This document shows, piece by piece, positions 60,095-64,000 of a stretch of DNA of 64,000 nt. Origin of the DNA: an uncultured Planctomycetia bacterium (GTDB taxonomy: Bacteria > Omnitrophota > Gorgyraeia > Tantalellales > Tantalellaceae). The position numbers and the translations under genes are program-made. The stretch covers positions 83 through 64,082 of the forward strand of contig CAZGQR010000004.1 of assembly GCA_964527765.1 (NCBI GenBank). The letters run 5' to 3'. Positions within the stretch are counted from its first letter, which is position 1. Each line of letters begins with the position of its first letter. Below the pieces are notes generated by a model. That model was not told where the DNA came from and did no database searches. It saw nothing but the letters and a program-made list of their open reading frames with translations.

Positions 60095-60121
60095 TCATTA
60101 TTAACGTAAAGGAGATCAAGC

Positions 60122-61069
60122 ATGTACAGGGAGGAAATAAAGGTTCTGGATTGCACGATAAGGGACGGGGGCCTTATCAACGCGCATTATTTTGACGATG
60201 ATTTCGTCCGGGAGGTCTACAAGGCGGTTTCCGCTTCCGGCGTGGATTATATGGAAATAGGATACAGGTGTTCGAGGAGCATAATGTCCCCGGACGAATT
60301 CGGAAAGTGGAAGTTCTGCGATGAAGAGGACATCCGCCGGGCCATAGACGGGATCGAGTCGAATACGAAGCTTTCTGTCATGGTGGACGTTGGGCGCGTG
60401 GAAAAGAAAGACATACTCCCGTGCAAGGACAGCGTCGTCGATATGATCCGCGTGGCGACCTATGTAAAAGATGTCGATAAAGCGATCGATCTTGTCAATG
60501 ACGCCGTAGATAAAGGGTACGAGGGTTCAGTGAATATCATGGCCATATCGCGGGCGCTTGATAACGAGCTCGACGAGGCTTTGGCTCAGCTTGAAGAAAG
60601 CAAGACTTCCGTAGTATACATTGTCGATAGTTTCGGGGCCCTTTATTCGGAAAGCGTCCAGTATCTTGTCAATAAGTATAAGAAGTTCCTCAAGACCAAG
60701 GAGGTCGGTATACACGGACATAACAATCAGCAGCTTGGCTATGCGAACACTATCCAGGGGATAATAGATGGATGTAATTTTGTGGACGGGACCATCTACG
60801 GCATAGGCAGAGCAGCAGGCAACTGTCCGCTTGAGCTTCTTATCGGATTTCTTAAGAACCCCAAATTCGATCTCCGCCCCATCCTGGAAGTGATCTCCAA
60901 AGAGTTCCTGCCCCTGAGGGAGAAAATAGAGTGGGGGTACCTTATACCCTACGCTATTACCGGCATGTTCAATGAACATCCCAGGGCTGCCATGTCGCTG
61001 CGGAAGACCAAGGATAAAGACAAATATCGTGAATTTTTTGAGAGCATGGCGGCCACAGAGCTCGAATAA
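60122..61069 (+). CDS. DRE-TIM metallolyase (HMGL-like / 4-hydroxy-2-oxovalerate aldolase-like)
   Basis: LDCTIRDGG, YIVDSFG, GIHGHNNQQL, GIGRAAGNCPLE. Confidence 0.85.
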   Translation: MYREEIKVLDCTIRDGGLINAHYFDDDFVREVYKAVSASGVDYMEIGYRCSRSIMSPDEFGKWKFCDEEDIRRAIDGIESNTKLSVMVDVGRVEKKDILPCKDSVVDMIRVATYVKDVDKAIDLVNDAVDKGYEGSVNIMAISRALDNELDEALAQLEESKTSVVYIVDSFGALYSESVQYLVNKYKKFLKTKEVGIHGHNNQQLGYANTIQGIIDGCNFVDGTIYGIGRAAGNCPLELLIGFLKNPKFDLRPILEVISKEFLPLREKIEWGYLIPYAITGMFNEHPRAAMSLRKTKDKDKYREFFESMAATELE

Positions 61070-61071
61070 CC

Positions 61072-61707
61072 ATGGATATCCATAGTTTCAAAACGTTTCC
61101 TCTTATGGGGATAGTAAGAGGCATGGATCCGGCAGATACGGAACCGCTGTTGGAAACGGTTGTTGAAGCGGGTCTCAAAACGATAGAAGTGGCCATGAAC
61201 ACTTCCGGCGCCGCCGGGATCATATCGAAAATGTGTTCCATCTCAAACGGCCGTATTGCCGTCGGGGCCGGAACGGTTCTTTCCAGGGATGATCTCGAAG
61301 CGGCAGCGGACGCGGGCGCTTCTTTCATCGTCCTGCCCGCTTTCGTGAAAGAAGTCGTGCATCACTGTGTTAAAAAGGCGATACCTGTGTTTCCCGGAGC
61401 CTTTACGCCCCAGGAAGTGCTGGATGCGTGGAAAGGAGGAGCGACCATGGTCAAGGTTTTTCCTTCCGGCATGTTCGGACCCGGGTATATGAAGGAACTT
61501 AAAGGCCCGTTTGACGGGATCGAGCTCATGGCGGTCGGCGGTGTCCGGTTGGAAAATATAGAGGAATATTTTTCCTGCGGCGCGGATGCCGTGGCTTTCG
61601 GCGCGAGCGTCTTTAAAAAAGAGTGGCTGGCGAAGAAGGATTTTGCGTCAATAGGGAAGCTTACAGGCGAGTATGTTCAGGCGGTAAGGAAGGCAAAGGG
61701 GAAATGA
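61072..61707 (+). CDS. eda: KDPG/KHG aldolase
   Basis: IEV, VGAGTV, PGAFTPQE, VKVFP (Schiff-base Lys), AVGGV. Confidence 0.88.
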   Translation: MDIHSFKTFPLMGIVRGMDPADTEPLLETVVEAGLKTIEVAMNTSGAAGIISKMCSISNGRIAVGAGTVLSRDDLEAAADAGASFIVLPAFVKEVVHHCVKKAIPVFPGAFTPQEVLDAWKGGATMVKVFPSGMFGPGYMKELKGPFDGIELMAVGGVRLENIEEYFSCGADAVAFGASVFKKEWLAKKDFASIGKLTGEYVQAVRKAKGK

Positions 61708-62459
61708 AGATCATTTCCTGGAATGTTAACGGTATACGGTCGGTAGCCGACAAGGGTTTTCCTGGATGGCTTTCAAAGGAATCGCCGGACGTGCTTTGCC
61801 TTCAGGAGACAAAAGCCGCCCCCGAACAGCTGGACCGGTCTTTGACAAGCCCCAGGGGATACACGACTTACTGGAACAATCCTCCCCGTAAAGGATATGC
61901 CGGTGTGTCTGTTTTTACAAAACAAAAGCCCGTTTCCGTTGAAAAGGACTTTCCTCCCGAAAGCTTCAATACCGAAGGCAGGGCGCTCCTGGCGCGTTTT
62001 AAGGATTTCATGCTCATAAATGTTTATTTTCCGAACGGGAGCATGGGTCCCGCCAGGCTTAAATATAAACTTGATTTTTACGACAGGTTCCTGGCATTCG
62101 TCGACAAGATCAAGGACAGGGATATTATCATCTGCGGGGATTTCAATACCGCACATAAGAGGATAGACCTGGCCAGGCCCGAGGAGAATGAGATGTTCTC
62201 CGGTTTTTTGCCGGAGGAAAGGAAATGGATGGATAAGTTTGTCGCCCGCGGATATGTGGATACTTTTCGGCATTTCAACGATGAAGGAGGGCATTATACC
62301 TGGTGGGATTATAAAAGCCGTTCCCGCCAAAGAAACGTCGGGTGGCGCATAGATTATTTTTTCGCGACGAAGAAGATGATGTCCCGCCTCAAGGACGCTT
62401 TTATCATGCCGGATGTTCCGGGTTCGGACCATTGCCCCGTAGGGATAGAGCTTCGATGA
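61704..62459 (+). CDS. xth: Exodeoxyribonuclease III / AP endonuclease
   Basis: SWNVNGIR, LQETK, GYAGV, NVYFPNG, GDFNTAH, YTWW, GWRIDY, SDHCP. The ATG at 61704 overlaps the eda stop. Confidence 0.94.
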   Translation: MKIISWNVNGIRSVADKGFPGWLSKESPDVLCLQETKAAPEQLDRSLTSPRGYTTYWNNPPRKGYAGVSVFTKQKPVSVEKDFPPESFNTEGRALLARFKDFMLINVYFPNGSMGPARLKYKLDFYDRFLAFVDKIKDRDIIICGDFNTAHKRIDLARPEENEMFSGFLPEERKWMDKFVARGYVDTFRHFNDEGGHYTWWDYKSRSRQRNVGWRIDYFFATKKMMSRLKDAFIMPDVPGSDHCPVGIELR

Positions 62460-62477
62460 GCATTTACGTTATAAAAC

Positions 62478-62624
62478 AGATGTTTGAACCGTTTTTCGCG
62501 GGGACGTCCGATTTTCCCGGCGAGAAAATCAGACTCAGCGAAAGTCCTCGCTCGTCCTCGCTGGCGCTCGGACACCGTGCCCGCTCAGACTTTCGATGCC
62601 CCGCTCCAAACAGTTCAAACATCT
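62478..62624. repeat. 147-bp multi-branched palindromic intergenic element (MITE/REP-like or structured RNA)
   Basis: Terminal arms AGATGTTTGAAC/GTTCAAACATCT and GCGGGG/CCCCGC. Internal hairpins GTCCGATTTTC/GAAAATCAGAC and CGAAAGTC/GACTTTCG. Confidence 0.75.
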
Positions 62625-62644
62625 TATAAATAAAGTGGATTGAC

Positions 62645-63973
62645 ATGAAAAAAGAACGGCCGAAACTGCTTGTCGCGGATAAAAAGGGCAGGATCCGCGA
62701 CGTGCCCTATCTTGAAGCGACGGGCATGAAGGGCGGGGAATATTTCCGTCTGGATCCCGGGAATCTCGTGAAACTGCATCCGGACAGCGAGTTTTTCATG
62801 CTTCCGGACAGAAGACCGGTGGGTTATGACCCCCAAGCCGGACGATTCGTCCAGCTGGAACATGAGCCCTTTGCCGGGCGAAGTGAACCCGCCCGCGCGG
62901 TGGCGGCTTTTCTCCCGCCCGGATACACGGTGACGCACAGCGCTTCGTACCACGAACGCGGGAGAGCCCGGATATTGCCGCTTTTCAGCTATGCGGCAGT
63001 GGCTTTTTACAGGAACGGGTTTTATGCTGCCGGCGTGCGCGTTGACCGGGAAAAGCGCCAGGAACTTAAAGGTATGAACGCCGGGGAGCTCCGGAAGAAC
63101 GTCAGGTTGTTCAGGAAACTTTTTCCGAAGAACAGGCTTGTGCGGCATCTTGAAACATGCGCTCTTACTTACGGGTGCCCGGCAGCCAAGAATTTTTTCC
63201 TTAAAAGATATGAGGGCCCGCTTCCGATATCACCGGCGTGCAACGCCAGGTGTATAGGGTGCATATCCTATCAGCCCGGGAAAGAATGTTTTGTCACGCA
63301 GCCGCGCATTACTTTTGTCCCCGCGCCGGAGGAAGTCGCGGAAGTCGCGCTTTTTCACCTGAAAGAGGTCCGGGACCCCGTTGTGAGTTTCGGTCAGGGG
63401 TGCGAGGGGGAACCGCTCATGGCGGGGGAGGTTCTGGAAAAAGCGGTGAGAATGATAAGAAGATCCACCTCAAAAGGCATCGTCAATCTCAATACCAACG
63501 CGAGTCGCCCCGACATTGTCCGCCGGCTTTTCGAAGAAGGGCTGGATTCCATGCGCGTGAGCGTGAACAGCGTCCGCGAATCCTGCTATTCGGATTACTA
63601 CCTGCCGCGCGGGTACGGTTTTCGGGATGTCCTGAGGTCGATAAACAGCGCCAAGAAGGCAGGCGGGTTCGTTTCGATCAACTATCTTGTCATGCCGGGT
63701 TTTACGGATTCCCGAGAGGAGGCCGGGGCACTGCTGTGTTTTCTGAAAAGAACAGGAGTCGACATGGTCCAGTGGCGGAACCTGAATTACGATCCCTTGG
63801 CTTATTTCAGGAAGTTGCGCACCCCGGTAAAACGGGAGGACATGGTCGGAGTGGATACTCTTGTCAGGATGGTCGAGAAGGAATGTCCGCATGTCATGAA
63901 GGGGTACTTTAACCCGTCGAAAGAGCGCATGAAACGGGCAGAGAAAAAATTGGAGGGACACCTTCAAGCTTAA
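62645..63973 (+). CDS. Radical SAM protein of unknown function
   Basis: CNARCIGC (CxxxCxxC), SFGQGCEGEPL, NLNTNAS, RVSVNS, QWRNLN. Confidence 0.88.
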   Translation: MKKERPKLLVADKKGRIRDVPYLEATGMKGGEYFRLDPGNLVKLHPDSEFFMLPDRRPVGYDPQAGRFVQLEHEPFAGRSEPARAVAAFLPPGYTVTHSASYHERGRARILPLFSYAAVAFYRNGFYAAGVRVDREKRQELKGMNAGELRKNVRLFRKLFPKNRLVRHLETCALTYGCPAAKNFFLKRYEGPLPISPACNARCIGCISYQPGKECFVTQPRITFVPAPEEVAEVALFHLKEVRDPVVSFGQGCEGEPLMAGEVLEKAVRMIRRSTSKGIVNLNTNASRPDIVRRLFEEGLDSMRVSVNSVRESCYSDYYLPRGYGFRDVLRSINSAKKAGGFVSINYLVMPGFTDSREEAGALLCFLKRTGVDMVQWRNLNYDPLAYFRKLRTPVKREDMVGVDTLVRMVEKECPHVMKGYFNPSKERMKRAEKKLEGHLQA

Positions 63974-63989
63974 AAAAGGGGACACTTTG
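63952..63989 (+). repeat. Orphan copy of the element-1 end motif (two GGGACA boxes 24 bp apart)
   Basis: GGAGGGACACCTTCAAGCTTAAAAAAGGGGACACTTTG matches 15741-15778 at 31/38 positions. Confidence 0.7.
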
Positions 63990-64000
63990 CCGATTAATAT

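Overview
A gene-dense bacterial chromosomal segment, almost entirely on the + strand. The lptF/lptG genes indicate a diderm. The regulatory PTS cluster, the Bat/MoxR operon and a 9-kb signal-peptide 'giant gene' resemble Candidatus Omnitrophota (inference only). Most of the window is housekeeping: nadE, GH130, tRNA-Lys and tRNA-Gly, ptsN-yvcK-GH57-ptsH-ptsI-NTP transferase-metK-ahcY-pfkA-lptFG, pgi, a Lon-like protease, clpB-dnaJ-arsR-maf, dinG, moxR-DUF58-batABCDE, metH, mnmG, a two-component pair, aldolases, xth and two radical SAM genes. Three things stand out. (1) Two AT-rich HUH/Y1 (RAYT-like) transposase genes are each enclosed by long terminal inverted repeats built from outward-facing GGGGACA motifs with ~24-bp spacing, and a transposase-free copy of the same end sits at the right window edge. 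(2) A 3023-aa mosaic protein has a signal peptide, two copies of an H-x-G...HExxE...H module, an intact Ser/Thr kinase placed N-terminal of its single TM helix, coiled coils and 78-80-aa repeats. (3) A 147-bp multi-branched palindromic element lies between xth and a radical SAM gene. Family assignments come from motif recognition by eye, without database searches.
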